Source: Orbicella franksi
Lineage: Eukaryota
Length of the DNA stretch: 64,000 nucleotides
Direction: 5' to 3'
Assembly: GCA_964199315.1 (NCBI GenBank)
Contig: OZ116705.1
Coordinates: 12,524,001 to 12,588,000 of the forward strand
Positions within the stretch are counted from its first letter, which is position 1. The number at the start of each line of letters is the position of its first letter. Below the pieces are notes generated by a model. That model saw only the letters and a program-made list of their open reading frames with translations. It was not told the origin of the DNA and did not search any database. A program made the position numbers and the translations under genes. This document shows positions 13,201 to 24,590 of this stretch, piece after piece.

Positions 13201-14913
13201 TTTCCACCACAAACTCCCTTTTAGCAATCTACAATACTCCTAACTCAAAATAAAAGCCACTCACCAGATGCCGCAGCTCATTCAAATCCTTACACACTGA
13301 ATAAAATACACTCATGAGAAGCTGGCAGTATGCTTTGAAAAATTCCTCAGGATATGTTGCTGGGCAATCTCTTGCCATGATCTGCAGCACTTCAGTCTTT
13401 GAATAATCCAGAAAATGCATAACAATAGGCTCATAAAATCCTGTTCCGACTTGGAACTTCTCCCACACAATCTGACTTAGCAAGATCACACAGATATTGA
13501 GCTGCGTAAGCTCCTGAAGTCTTAAAAATGCAGGAAGCATGTTTGCCTCAATGTCTCTTAGTCTCTCTGCCTTGTCCAGAACAATGTAAAACGTTTCGTT
13601 TGCAAGGTCCTTTGATAAAAGGTTATGTTTCAGATGTCGCAAGAAGTCTGTCATGTTGTCGCATTTCGGTGAGGCAGTTAAATCATCTTCTTTGTCTGAA
13701 TCTTGCAACTGGTATAGAACATGTTCAAAAATCAATCTTGCTGTAAAGCTCTCCACACAATTCACCAATACATGTGGAAGCTGTATCGTTAAACAAAGGA
13801 AAGAAAAAGAGCAGTAAGAAATTTAGTCAGTTCAAACTCTCCCCTTTATATAACGTAAGTCAGGGCAAGGTCCAACATTGCAGTTTCCCAACATAGTATG
13901 ACGGGACGATAAGCCCCATTTATTTAGTTCTTGAGTTACAGTATCTCTATCTGTTGTTGTTAATTTAAGTGCTGTACATCACTTTCCCAAGTTTAGGCTG
14001 GAAATAAAAATATTGGAACACCCTGAGCTGTCCCAGATAAAGTGTTGCCTCTCTCTTTTCTGACCTCTCTAAACTGGATCAGTGTGGCAATTGCTCTATG
14101 ATCTGTCAGTTCTAGCCTGCCCATCGCCCCCAGAGGCATTTGTTGGGCATGCTCTCCAGTGGAGCCACTTCATTTATACAAATCCCCACAGTGTAGCTCT
14201 GGGAAGAATGCAAATGCCTGACCTATGGAAGAAGCCCAAAATTTTGGTGATTGGTCAAGATGCGGTGCGTTCCTTGTGGTATAGCGATTCCAAGCTAAAC
14301 ACAGAGAGTGGGACTTGGATTTGCTTGAAAGTGTAGGACTCCAATGAGGTTCATTAAATCAGTAGTTTTGTGTTGATAGCAATTAGGAAATTTACAAATA
14401 AAGAACAAAAGATGTAGTATTTTAAAAAGTGAACGATCAAAAAATATTGTTTTTGACAATGCACCATCCTAGGGCTGACTAGAGCTCTGTTATAGCAAAT
14501 ACCCTACCCTGGGGCAGGAAAAATTGTCAAATGACAGACAAATAAGCGGGCTTGGAATTGACCGAGCATTATATTTCATTTGATTACGATATTGAAGACT
14601 GAAATAGTTATTTTATAATATGCAATTTAAATCGAAAAAGCGTTAAAGAGGGTAAAACTCTCAAGAAATATTTCAACTTAATAAATTAAGTTTTACAAAC
14701 TCTCACCTCTAGATCTTTCAGCAAAGTTTGCACAAGAAAAGATTTCCCGGTAGCGGTGTGTCCACACACAAATATCGCAGGACAGGAATATGACTTCCTA
14801 TCTCCCAAAAGAGATAACAGTGTATCTATTTCAATCTTTCTGCAAATAACTTTGCTGTAAAGATTCTGCAGACTGTCTTTACTGTATCCTAAGAACCCAC
14901 CATTTGCCGCCAT
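10268..14913 (-). CDS. ORC5: Origin recognition complex subunit 5, 454 aa
   Basis: Exons 14913-14707, 13780-13265, 12747-12543, 11684-11499, 10518-10268, all GT-AG with matching phases (1365 nt). Walker [38 protein letters not shown] and C-terminal [10 protein letters not shown]...YLYDFV match ORC5. Confidence 0.97.
10752..11215. mobile_element. Kolobok-like MITE in ORC5 intron 4
   Basis: TTAA at 10752-10755 and 11212-11215 flank imperfect TIRs ggtcattcc / ggaatgccc. TTAA target with GG termini fits Kolobok rather than piggyBac. Confidence 0.7.
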
Positions 14914-15348
14914 GTTGGTTTTGAACCAAAAGACCTGGGGAGAGTAGCCAAAGGGCCTAGGTGGAAGTACACTTGTCATGACATCACCTATGGGTTTTAC
15001 TCAGCTAATAAGGGAATTAAAACCCACTCTAAATGATAGTGTAAGCAGCGAAAAGTTTTATCTTTATTAGTTTGCATTGTTTATATGCAAATTTTTCTCA
15101 GCTTCTGTCATTGTAATTGTTAATTAGTTACTTATTTTAAATTGAAATTTAGTTGTTACTTCTATTCCTAACGGTTACTTCTGAAGATGTATGTTGAAAC
15201 ATACGAAACGTCTAGTAAATGAACTTTGTTTTTTAACATGCGTTTTATTGCTATATTTATCACCGCAGTTTGCGTGTTATTTCTTATAGTTAATAATTTT
15301 TCAATTTTTTTTTTAATGCTGTTATGTTGCGCAACCCAGCATTTCTGG

Positions 15349-15578
15349 ATCTGAACGATTTTTGGAAACAACACAACGTTTTTTAAAAACATGTTTCAAC
15401 AGAATCTTCTGTCATCTTCAGTTTAAATTACAAAGTAGCATTTTGCGTACACTATATATTCAACTCTGTACTTTGTAATTTGAACTGAAAATGACAGAAA
15501 ATTCTGTTGAAACATGTTTTTGAAAGACGTTGCGTTGTTTCTAAAAATTTTAACATGTCTGCCACTATCTGAACGATT
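15349..15578. repeat. Fold-back element (~79-bp inverted arms) flanked by 12-bp direct repeats
   Basis: Arms ~15359-15437 and ~15469-15547 are reverse complements with a few mismatches. atctgaacgatt occurs at 15349-15360 and 15567-15578. Confidence 0.8.
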
Positions 15579-15605
15579 AATGTTAATAACACTTGTGCTT
15601 TTATG

Positions 15606-15744
15606 CAGTGGCGGATCTAGGGGAAGGGCCCTCCCCTTATTTTGGGTGGAAAAAGAAGAAATGACTGAAGGAAGAGAAGCCAACAGGGCAAGTAAATCAA
15701 AACCGCCCCCCTCCCCCTTAGTTCAAAGTCTGGATCCGCCACTG
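15606..15744 (+). mobile_element. hAT-like MITE (CAGTGGCGGATC TIRs, 5-bp TSD)
   Basis: cagtggcggatc...gatccgccactg flanked by ttatg/ttatg. Same family as 33853-33994. Confidence 0.85.
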
Positions 15745-15867
15745 TTATGTCCATATGAAGCTATAGTACACAGTACCCTAAAAGCTACAACGAGCACCTC
15801 CGTCCTTTTTGTACGGGCCCCCCCCCCCCCCCCGGGGTGTGAGAGGCACTTTTCTTAACTTGTCGTA

Positions 15868-16030
15868 CAAGGTTTTCATTGCCAGTCTGTCTGTCTTGCC
15901 CAGTTATCTCCCACAGATTGCTGGACACCTTCCTTTGGTAAGGGGTATGGAAGACAATTGCGTCAATTGCGTCTCGCCAGAAGTGATTACAGTATTTTGG
16001 AATATGAAGAAGAGCCTAAAACGGCAAACA
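15868..16030 (-). pseudogene. Decayed copy of ORC5 exon 3
   Basis: Colinear with 12553-12760 (gccagtctgt.tgtcttgccca; cagtattttggaa.atgaagaagagcct) with an internal deletion of about 40 nt. Confidence 0.85.
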
Positions 16031-16553
16031 AATGAGCAATGAATAATTATTTAAATTATTAATATTCTTGATTTGTATCACTATGGTACAGTTCGAACAC
16101 CTTGGGGAGGTAAAGAAATGAAACACGTTATTCTGCTCTGCACTTCTCTGTCTTCTCTGAGGGGATTACAGGATTTTACGGTAGGCGATTTGAGATACGG
16201 ACCACAGAAGGCGGTTCCCTGTAGGGGAATCTGTGGGCATCCAGTCCCCCGAAAATTTGTTAAAATTGAGGTCCTCAGAAATAGGATTTCCTCATTCTGA
16301 GGCCAAGTCAGCGTGTTATAATGTTCGACAGAACCCCCGAACCATTCCCCCCTAGATCCGCCCCAGGACCTGGACTGAATACATACACAGGGTAAAAATT
16401 CTTCAAGGTCAGGGAAAAGTCAGAGAATCGTATTCTGAGACAGGAAAAATTGGCATTTTAAAGAAACGTCAGGGAAAATTGAAATTATAGCACTGCTGGC
16501 CATAGAAGAAACATTTTAGGTCACTTGTGATGGCTCAATGCTGCTTCCCCTTT

Positions 16554-16770
16554 CTTTCAGCAAAGCTTGCACAAGGAAAGATTTCTGTCGCAGGGCAGGA
16601 ATATGACTTCCAGTCTCCCATAAGAGATGACAGTGTATCTAATTCAGTCTAACTGGAAATAACTTCGCTGCAAAGATTCTGTAAGCCTCGGGTCTGCAAT
16701 GTTACTGTTGAACGAAAAAAACTGGGGAGAGCAGCCAAAACTTTCTAGGGGTAGTTTCAAGTACACTTCA
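16554..16770 (-). pseudogene. Decayed copy of ORC5 exon 1 and 5' flank
   Basis: Colinear with ~14715-14975. Start codon is ATT at 16700-16698 and the Walker A segment is deleted. Confidence 0.85.
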
Positions 16771-16973
16771 TGCTGTCCTGACTAAACATTGTTTGATTTC
16801 ATTTTGTTGTTGTTGTTTTTATTTCCTTTGAAAGGAAGTTGCAGGACACATCTTTTCAGTGAAGTTATATTTCTGTAAGGATTCTTGAAGAAAAACGAGT
16901 TTATAAGTGGTTACTTGAATGTAAGGTTTCTCTCCACCCCACTACCGCTGAGCAGAAGTGTTACAAAATCAAA

Positions 16974-19900
16974 ATGGCGTCCATGTTGTTCACGGCGGTG
17001 TATTTTCTCTTGATATCTTTGTGCCTAGCTGCCTTTACTCTCGCTTTTTGCTTTTTGGTCTACCTGCATCATAAACATAAGACACTTGACCACATTCCAG
17101 GCCCCAAACGGGACGGATTTTTGTGGGGAAATGTCAAGTTACTCCAACGCTTGAAAGAAGAGAACGACTTGAATGGATTTCAAGTCTTGAGACATCTGGT
17201 CCAAGAGCATGGCCCTGTCATGATTATTTGGATTTTTCATATCCCACTCGTCTACGTTTCAGATGCTGATATAGTCAAGAAAGTGCTTATAACGTCGAAT
17301 TTTCCCAAAGATGCCTGGTCTTACGATCGACTTGGCTATCTCTTCGGAGAGCGATTTATGGGGAAAGGGCTTGTTACGGAGACAGACCATGAGAAATGGA
17401 AGATCAAACGCCTTACAGTGAATCCTGCATTCCACAGGAAATACTTGAAGGAACTTCTGATCCAGTTTAACTCAAGTTGTGACGTGTTTTTGGCGAGGCT
17501 GACTGACTTAGCAGATGGAAAGACCGAAGTGAAAATGGCGGATGAGTTTAACAGAATTACTTTGGACATAATTGGAAAGGTAAGGCAAGAGTACATTTGG
17601 TAATGTTTCACAATTTGTTTTGTGATCTCAAATAATGACCCAGATGGGGACATTGTAAAACATGCACCCCCCTCCCCTCCCCCCTACAGAGGGCAGATTT
17701 CAGACAGCCCAGTTTTCTGTTGGCGACACCTTTGAAGTTTTCAACTGAGAGGTGCAAAATTATGTTGTCTCCTTTGAAAAAAATTCTCCAAGAGGCCCTG
17801 TGGTTTAGGTTGCCCTCCATAGGGAGGGGTTGGGGGTGTGGATAAAAAAGGGAAAGACAAGTGTACACATGCAAGGTGCAACACTGAAGAAACCACTTGA
17901 GATGAATGAATCTCTCCTCACAGATTATGCATCTGCAGCTAATTTGTCAGTTGTGTATACATCTACTGTATTATCAAAACATGATGAACAATAATTATTA
18001 TTGTATCAAAAGGAGTGAATTCTAGATGCACAAAAGCAGATCGTTTAATTATCATCATGAATTATCCAAGCACCCACAGATAAGCACCAGCCTGATGGGC
18101 AGCTTATCGTGTGTAGATTTCACCTTACCTTCCTTACATTATACATCAAGATGGATTATCCATCTCATTTTGTCTGTTTAAGTTCATTGGTCTAGATGCA
18201 CTAAAAGTAGACACTTCACCCTGACATGAAATTGATTTTGTGCCCATAGTTTTAGTGAGAATTTGCATTCATAATATTATTTTTGTAATCAGACACACCA
18301 AACAAAACTTGCCCAAGTTCATCCATGCCAGAGGGTGCTTTTCATTGCTACCCTTTGTGCCAAATTATATACAAAACTGTTGGTACACTGTCAGTTGACT
18401 GTTGGCTGACTCTCAGCCATCTGTCAGCCATCTATTAGATCTAATGGCTGTTTATCGGCATACTGTTTGGACTGTTGTTGTCAACTGCTTTTGAAAGGGA
18501 ACAATGACTCTGTGAGCCAACTACTTAATTAGTAACCCATCATATTGAGTAGTGGAGATAGTTTAGTTAAATTGGTCTATTTCTTTTCCAGGTGGCCTTT
18601 GGAATTGATTTAAATGCGATTGGTGACCCTGATTCTCCATTCCCCACTGCCATAAGGGAATGTTTAGCAGCCCCAATTTGGTGTCTATCTCATCCACTTC
18701 ATGCGATTGACTTTACAAGTTATGGCTATCAAAATTCAGTTGTGTCTGCAGTTCACTTCTTACGAGATACAGGAAAGAAAATCATTGATGAAAGAAGAAA
18801 AGCCTTGACAAATGAGGAAGAGGTGCCTTCAGATATTCTCAGTTATATCCTTAAGTCTGTAAATGAAGACACTGATCTGGACTACGAAGAACTGCTTGAT
18901 TACTTTGTCACTTTCTTTATTGCTGGTGGGTATTTCTTAATATTATTATGTACTCCACATTTTTCTTTATCTTTCAGTAGTAGCCACTCAGCTGAGTCCT
19001 GTTGGAAATCTGCAAATCTGATTGGTTCCATCATCGTTTTCTATTCACTGGTTGTCAATGATCTTGTGCATGCTGCTCTTGAACCTTGATCGTTCTTAAC
19101 TTTAGGCTCAAAAATACACAAAGTTGTAGGTTTGGTGAATCTGTAATCCTTTGCAGTGTCTACTTAAACTATTAGACAACTCACCCTTGTTTTCTATGAG
19201 TGCTACCCTTCATTGACTATTTGCCCATAGAAAAGTAGTCTGACCGATAGTTACATGTAAATATATAAGATTACATGTTGCAATTTAACTTACATGTACA
19301 TGTAGTCAGCAGAATCGTGTTTGACAGTTAAAATGTATCCTCCAGTTACACAACTGTTGCACGTGTGAGAGGAGTACATTAAAGATTGCAACATCGGTAG
19401 ATTTTTTTATATATATACTTAAAGATGATTTCTGGCCGTACTGCACAGTCTCAGCACCCTAATGTTTATAGAGATGATAAATCTCACTCAATGAATGCGA
19501 ATCGATGTTATTCATTACAAACCACATACCTTATCTTTGAGGACTTTCAAATTCTTTTTCCAAAAGCCTCATTGATTTTTACAGCTGTGAAGGTCTTTCA
19601 TCAAGTGATATGTAATGAGAAAGAAATGCAGCATAAAACTTTGACCGCTTTGTATCCATAATGGCGGTTGTTTTGAAACTTTGAATTTACCTCATGTAAG
19701 TACAGTTGCTGTAGTTGCAAAATGTTTACATTTTGTGATGTTTTACATGAAACAAAACAAAAAACGCAAACAAACTCTCAAGAGTGTGCAGTATGGACTG
19801 GAAATCATCTTTATACTTAATCAATTCAACAATGTACAAGTATTGCTATTTGAGTTGCTGCACTCCCAAGCAAACATCTTGAAGCAACTGCTTCAAGTAG

Positions 19901-21175
19901 ATAGGCGTAATAAAGTACAGACCATGAAAATGACTCAAGTGCAAGGCTGTTGCCTAAGGAAATTTTTAAGGAGCCCTTTGGGCTCCTTCCACCAAAAGTT
20001 AGGAGCCCAAGCCACTTTTTTAGGAGCCCAGATAAAATTCTCCGGGGGGGTGGGGAGGTTGAGGGGTCCTGGGGCAGAGATTTTCCGTGAGACACTAATA
20101 TGGTCTAATATCAATCAAATTTTATAAATAAAGCATTCAGCAAAGTGATCAGGTCATGACTGAGAAAGAATACTATTTATGGTCAAACTCAATAATTGGT
20201 GTATCCATGCAAGTGCTGCGGCTTTTTTTTTAATAAAAATTTATATTGCTGCCTTTGTTTTTGAGTTTTGCAATTCTATTTTAAAAAGACGAAATACATT
20301 GTACAAATCATGAAATGCAAGCTGCAAATGAAAACAAATAAAAATGAAAGAGGCATTTGGGAGGTTTGAATTTGGCCTCGCTGAAATGTGCGTTCCTTTC
20401 CCCGGGCTTGGGACATTAGTATAAACTAAAGGTGATTTTGAGGCAGCATGACGGCAATATTGGCCACTTCTTTGGAGAAAATAAATTCTTGTATATTGGG
20501 CGGAGTCGCGACAATTCATTTGATAATTTAAAATATAAAACCCTAGTATGCAGAGAGAATTGCAATGATGTGTTCTTTTTGCTGGCTAGTTACTTGAATT
20601 ATCTTTTCAGAACCTAAAGAAATTCATTCAGTACATCTAAGTGAAGTTTTCTTAAGTATTGGACAAATATTTAGACGCATTGATCTTTTTTCAACTGTAA
20701 ATATAATGTCAGCAGGATCATCACTCCAATTCCAAAAATATTTGTTATCAAAGTAGTTATTTTGCAACTTGGAATCAGTAAGGCATCAACAGAGACACAA
20801 TCCATTAGCATACATGATGTAAATATATTCAATACTGAGCTTGCAATGCATTATAGGGCGATTTTCAAATATGGCTGTTTTGGGCTGTTTGTGAGCAGAG
20901 AGCCCGGGGGGGTACTCTGGGAATTTCTGGGTGGGGATGTGCCGCTGGGTCCCTGGAGCCTTAGCCTATACCAGAGCTAGTTCAGCTGAATTTTGCTACC
21001 CTATACTAGAGTAAACTCCCCAAATCCCCCTATCTATCGACACTATTGCGGCTGATTTGCGTAAATTTAAACTTGCTGATTTGATTTTTTTTTTATATTT
21101 TTGAGTGGCAATTCCTGGTTTCCTTAGTCTAGAGAAAATCTTCAACCAACTAGTCAGTTTTGGGAAAAATGATAC

Positions 21176-21214
<39 letters not shown>

Positions 21215-22687
21215 CCTAGAGTAAACTGCTTGAAAACCATACCCTTCACAGCGGCACATACCTATATAGCCCATATGTGTTAGTGCCCACTCCCCCCACC
21301 CCCCCGGGGCGGAGAGAGACTTTTTTGCCGTGTTTTGGCCCAGATTTCTCGTGCTAAAAGCAAAACAGGACCAGAGTAGCTGTTGTTTTCCATTTAATTT
21401 GTTGTGTGAATGATTTTTTGACCGATTTCATGAGAAGATTGAAGTCGTCGGACAGATTACATGGGAATGAAAACTCCATGTTTAGGTGCCCACTCAGGCT
21501 CCTTGAACAAAACTTTAGTCACCCGCACTTGTAACTTAGGCGCCTCAGGCGATCGGGCGCCAGTGATGTTCATTTTCATCAAACAATGGCAACTATGAAG
21601 AGGATTAATGTATGTCTCCAATGTACTTTACAGGTCAAGAGACTACTTCCTCAACACTTTCGTTTATGTTAGCAGAGGCTGGAAAACATCCTGAGGTTGA
21701 GAACAGGTGATTTACCAATTATCAGACGAGTCCTTAATGATATTACTTTCATTTAGTGACAGGATCAAGAGGCTTAGGTTCAAGTGATTATCGGGATCGC
21801 CATGTTGTATTCTTGCACAAGACATACAGTAGCTCTCTCAGGTGTGGAGACATTACTGGTTTCCACAGTCTGTTTTACAGAAATCGATCAGATTTTTTAG
21901 AATGACTAGGAAACGTACGATCAAGAGGTCTACATGTAGGTTCAACTGCTCACTGGGATCGCTGTGTTGTGTTCTTGCGCACACAACAACACACAACTCT
22001 CACAGTATCTCTCTCAGGTGCAAATCCATACTGGTCTTCACTGTTTAACAGAAATCAGTCAGATTTTTCAGAATGACTCAGAAATCTTGGAAAGAGGACT
22101 TAAGGGAGTTAAAATCCAAAACAGGGACTATGAATATAGATTTTGACAGCTTCTTTTTTTCAATTCTCCTGTTTAGGTTAGTCCAAGAGGCTGAAGATAT
22201 CCTTGGTTCTCACCAGTATGTGTCATATGAGGACCTCAGCAATCTAAACTACACGGGTCTTGCGATGAAAGAAACACTTCGATTGCATCCCAGTGTTCCG
22301 GCATTCACTCGAGTTATGGAAAAGGACGGTGAGTTGGGAGGGCACCGCATCCCTGCTGGTACACTGATAAATGTTGGTGTATATGCCTTACATCACAGCC
22401 CCAAATACTGGAAGAATCCTGAGAACTTTGATCCCGAACGATTTTTGTCTCAGAAAGATGACAATGACACTGGCTGTGCAACACACCATGCTTATATTCC
22501 ATTCTCTCTTGGTCCTCGTCATTGTATTGGTCAGATGTTTGCCGAGTTTGAAGTGAAGGTTCTCATGTCACGCTTTTTGAAGTCATTCAAATTTCAGCTG
22601 GTGCGTGGCCAGGATTATGGATATGAAGATCCCAAGGCCACTCTAGCACCAAAAGACAGAGTCCGCTGTACCCTGACTTTGCGATGA
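16974..22687 (+). CDS. CYP46A1: Cytochrome P450, CYP46-like (cholesterol 24-hydroxylase-like), 507 aa
   Basis: Exons 16974-17579, 18592-18925, 21634-21706, 22177-22687 (1524 nt, phases 0,1,2). N-terminal membrane anchor, I-helix AGQETT, KETLR, DPERF, heme motif FSLGPRHCIG. IPGPKRDGFLWGN and GERFMGKGLVTE resemble clan 46. Family assignment, not proven orthology. Confidence 0.9.
20903..21308. mobile_element. MITE with CCCGGGGG termini and 8-bp TSD in CYP intron 2
   Basis: cccggggggggtact...ccccccccggg flanked by gcagagag / gcggagag (one mismatch). Confidence 0.8.
21761..22020 (+). mobile_element. Two tandem degenerate SINE heads in CYP intron 3
   Basis: ~170-nt tandem duplication. Each copy has ggttcaa..gggatcgc..tgttgt.ttcttgc..ctctctcaggtg, resembling the SINE at 39217. 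Confidence 0.55.
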
Positions 22688-22772
22688 TCATTTACAGGTG
22701 TATGTGAGAATGTAGACAGATAAATAAATATTTACTTCCCTGTATAATTTATGCCTATAGGATATGTCAAGA

Positions 22773-23002
22773 TTTAGGAATGGACCACTATTTTTTGATG
22801 GGGGTTTTGGCAGTTACCAAAAAATAACCTGCACAAGATAAAGATAAGGAAAGAATAGTGCAGAGCAAACCATGCACAAGACACAAATGGAGCAAATGTA
22901 ACAAAAAAAAAATGTTTGCATGATCTGAAACTGAGAAAGAAAATTCTTGCTCAGAAAAATTGTCCAAACCTTCCCCCCTAAAAATCTAATGTCCATCATT
23001 TA
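22773..23002. mobile_element. Degenerate MITE downstream of the CYP stop
   Basis: Imperfect TIRs ttaggaatggaccacta / taatgtccatcatta. Confidence 0.4.
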
Positions 23003-23568
23003 GGGGCTACCTTCAAGCTAGCAATAGAGATTTTATTTAACGGAAACATTTTGAAGATTGTAACTGCATCTTTGTATAGAAAATATGAGCAAAGTTCTCC
23101 ATTAGCTAGGTTTATTTTAATGTTCAAGGTATCTCTATCTGTATTATAGGCGTGACAAAAATATGTGATTCTAGGATGAAGTCAAGTATTTAAAAAAGCA
23201 AGTCAATTATTATAGACCAAGGTATGTCTCTTTGAGGCCAAGTGAACCATCCTTAAAAAGATGCTACGTCACAGTTTGCACTTCTTGAAAAGTTTAGTCC
23301 AAAGTTTTCAAGTGTCCCTTTTGTAATCTGTGTCAATCTTCTCCATCCTAAACCATCGTTGTTCCTAGTGTTTTTCTATCTTAAGCAAACTACTGTTTTT
23401 CGGGTTTCCTGCAATTTTAAGGTAATTTTGTACCAGCAAAAATAACTCAAAATACCATGACTGAGCTCCTTCCTCAGTCAAATCATCTAACAACCACTTT
23501 AACCATCCTTTAAGACATTCCTTACTTTCTGTCAACTTTGTAGTAATCTTATTTGTCACACGGCCCAG

Positions 23569-23769
23569 GGGCCTGTTTCTCAAAAGCCCTGGAAACTTTT
23601 CGGGCCCATAAAGACATAGCAAAATCTCGAACCTTATGATTACAGTGCTGTTTTATTCCCTTCATACAAGAAGTTTCAGGCGTATACACTTCTCTGTTTT
23701 TAGATACAAATGGACTAAAAATGGCTTTACGTGCCTGAAAAGTTTTCGGGGCTTTTGAAAAACGGGCCC
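23569..23769. mobile_element. PIF/Harbinger-like MITE
   Basis: TIRs gggcctgtttctcaaaagccc / gggcttttgaaaaacgggccc with 3-bp TSD cag at 23566-23568 and 23770-23772. Confidence 0.85.
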
Positions 23770-24590
23770 CAGCAGTTCAATGTTTCTAATGTTCAAATTC
23801 CTGCAATGTTTTATGACAAATTGTAAAATATTGCATTGTACATGGCTTGGCCTTACAGGTCAGTTTGTTAAATAAGTAACCAATGGAATTACTTATGGTA
23901 TACTTTATCTATGGACTATATAATTTTATGGTGATTACTATTTAACAATTAGATTGCGAGCTCAAGATTTCTATGAGGTGATAGCTGATAAGTATGCTGG
24001 TCAAATCAAGTATCAAGAGTGAATAATCTGTTTTAAGCAGAACTCTATTAAACTGCTTTTCTCCAAAAATGATTCCAGTATTTCTTGACCTGCATCACTC
24101 ACCCACTCATTCAATCCCAGAATGTCCAGTGGCACATAGGGCCTCTTGACATGCATACATGTAAGAAAATGTACTGTTCAACTTCTCACTTTAGCAAAAT
24201 TGAACCCAGACTGAACTGTCATTGGTCGGAACTTCCCCTTTGAAAGTTGCAGCTGTGCATTCTTGTACACATCATCAGCTTATTTGACAATTTTGACGTT
24301 TTCAAGTCCACAAAATAATGTCCTTTTTTAGTGTCCATGGGCACTGGATTATTCAGTGAAGTCACTTACAGAGTTTAAAATCATGGATAAAAATAAACAT
24401 TGTATCCAAACTTACTAATGGCTGCCGCATAAGTGCAATGCAATCCTGTCTTTACCCTATTTCTATATTCAGTAGTAATGATTAGAGAAAGGTAAGGGTA
24501 AACATTCATTTACAGTTGATTGATCAACTATTATAATTATGGTGCTTACTTTATTATAATTATTAAATTATCTAATGCAGTCGTACTGTA

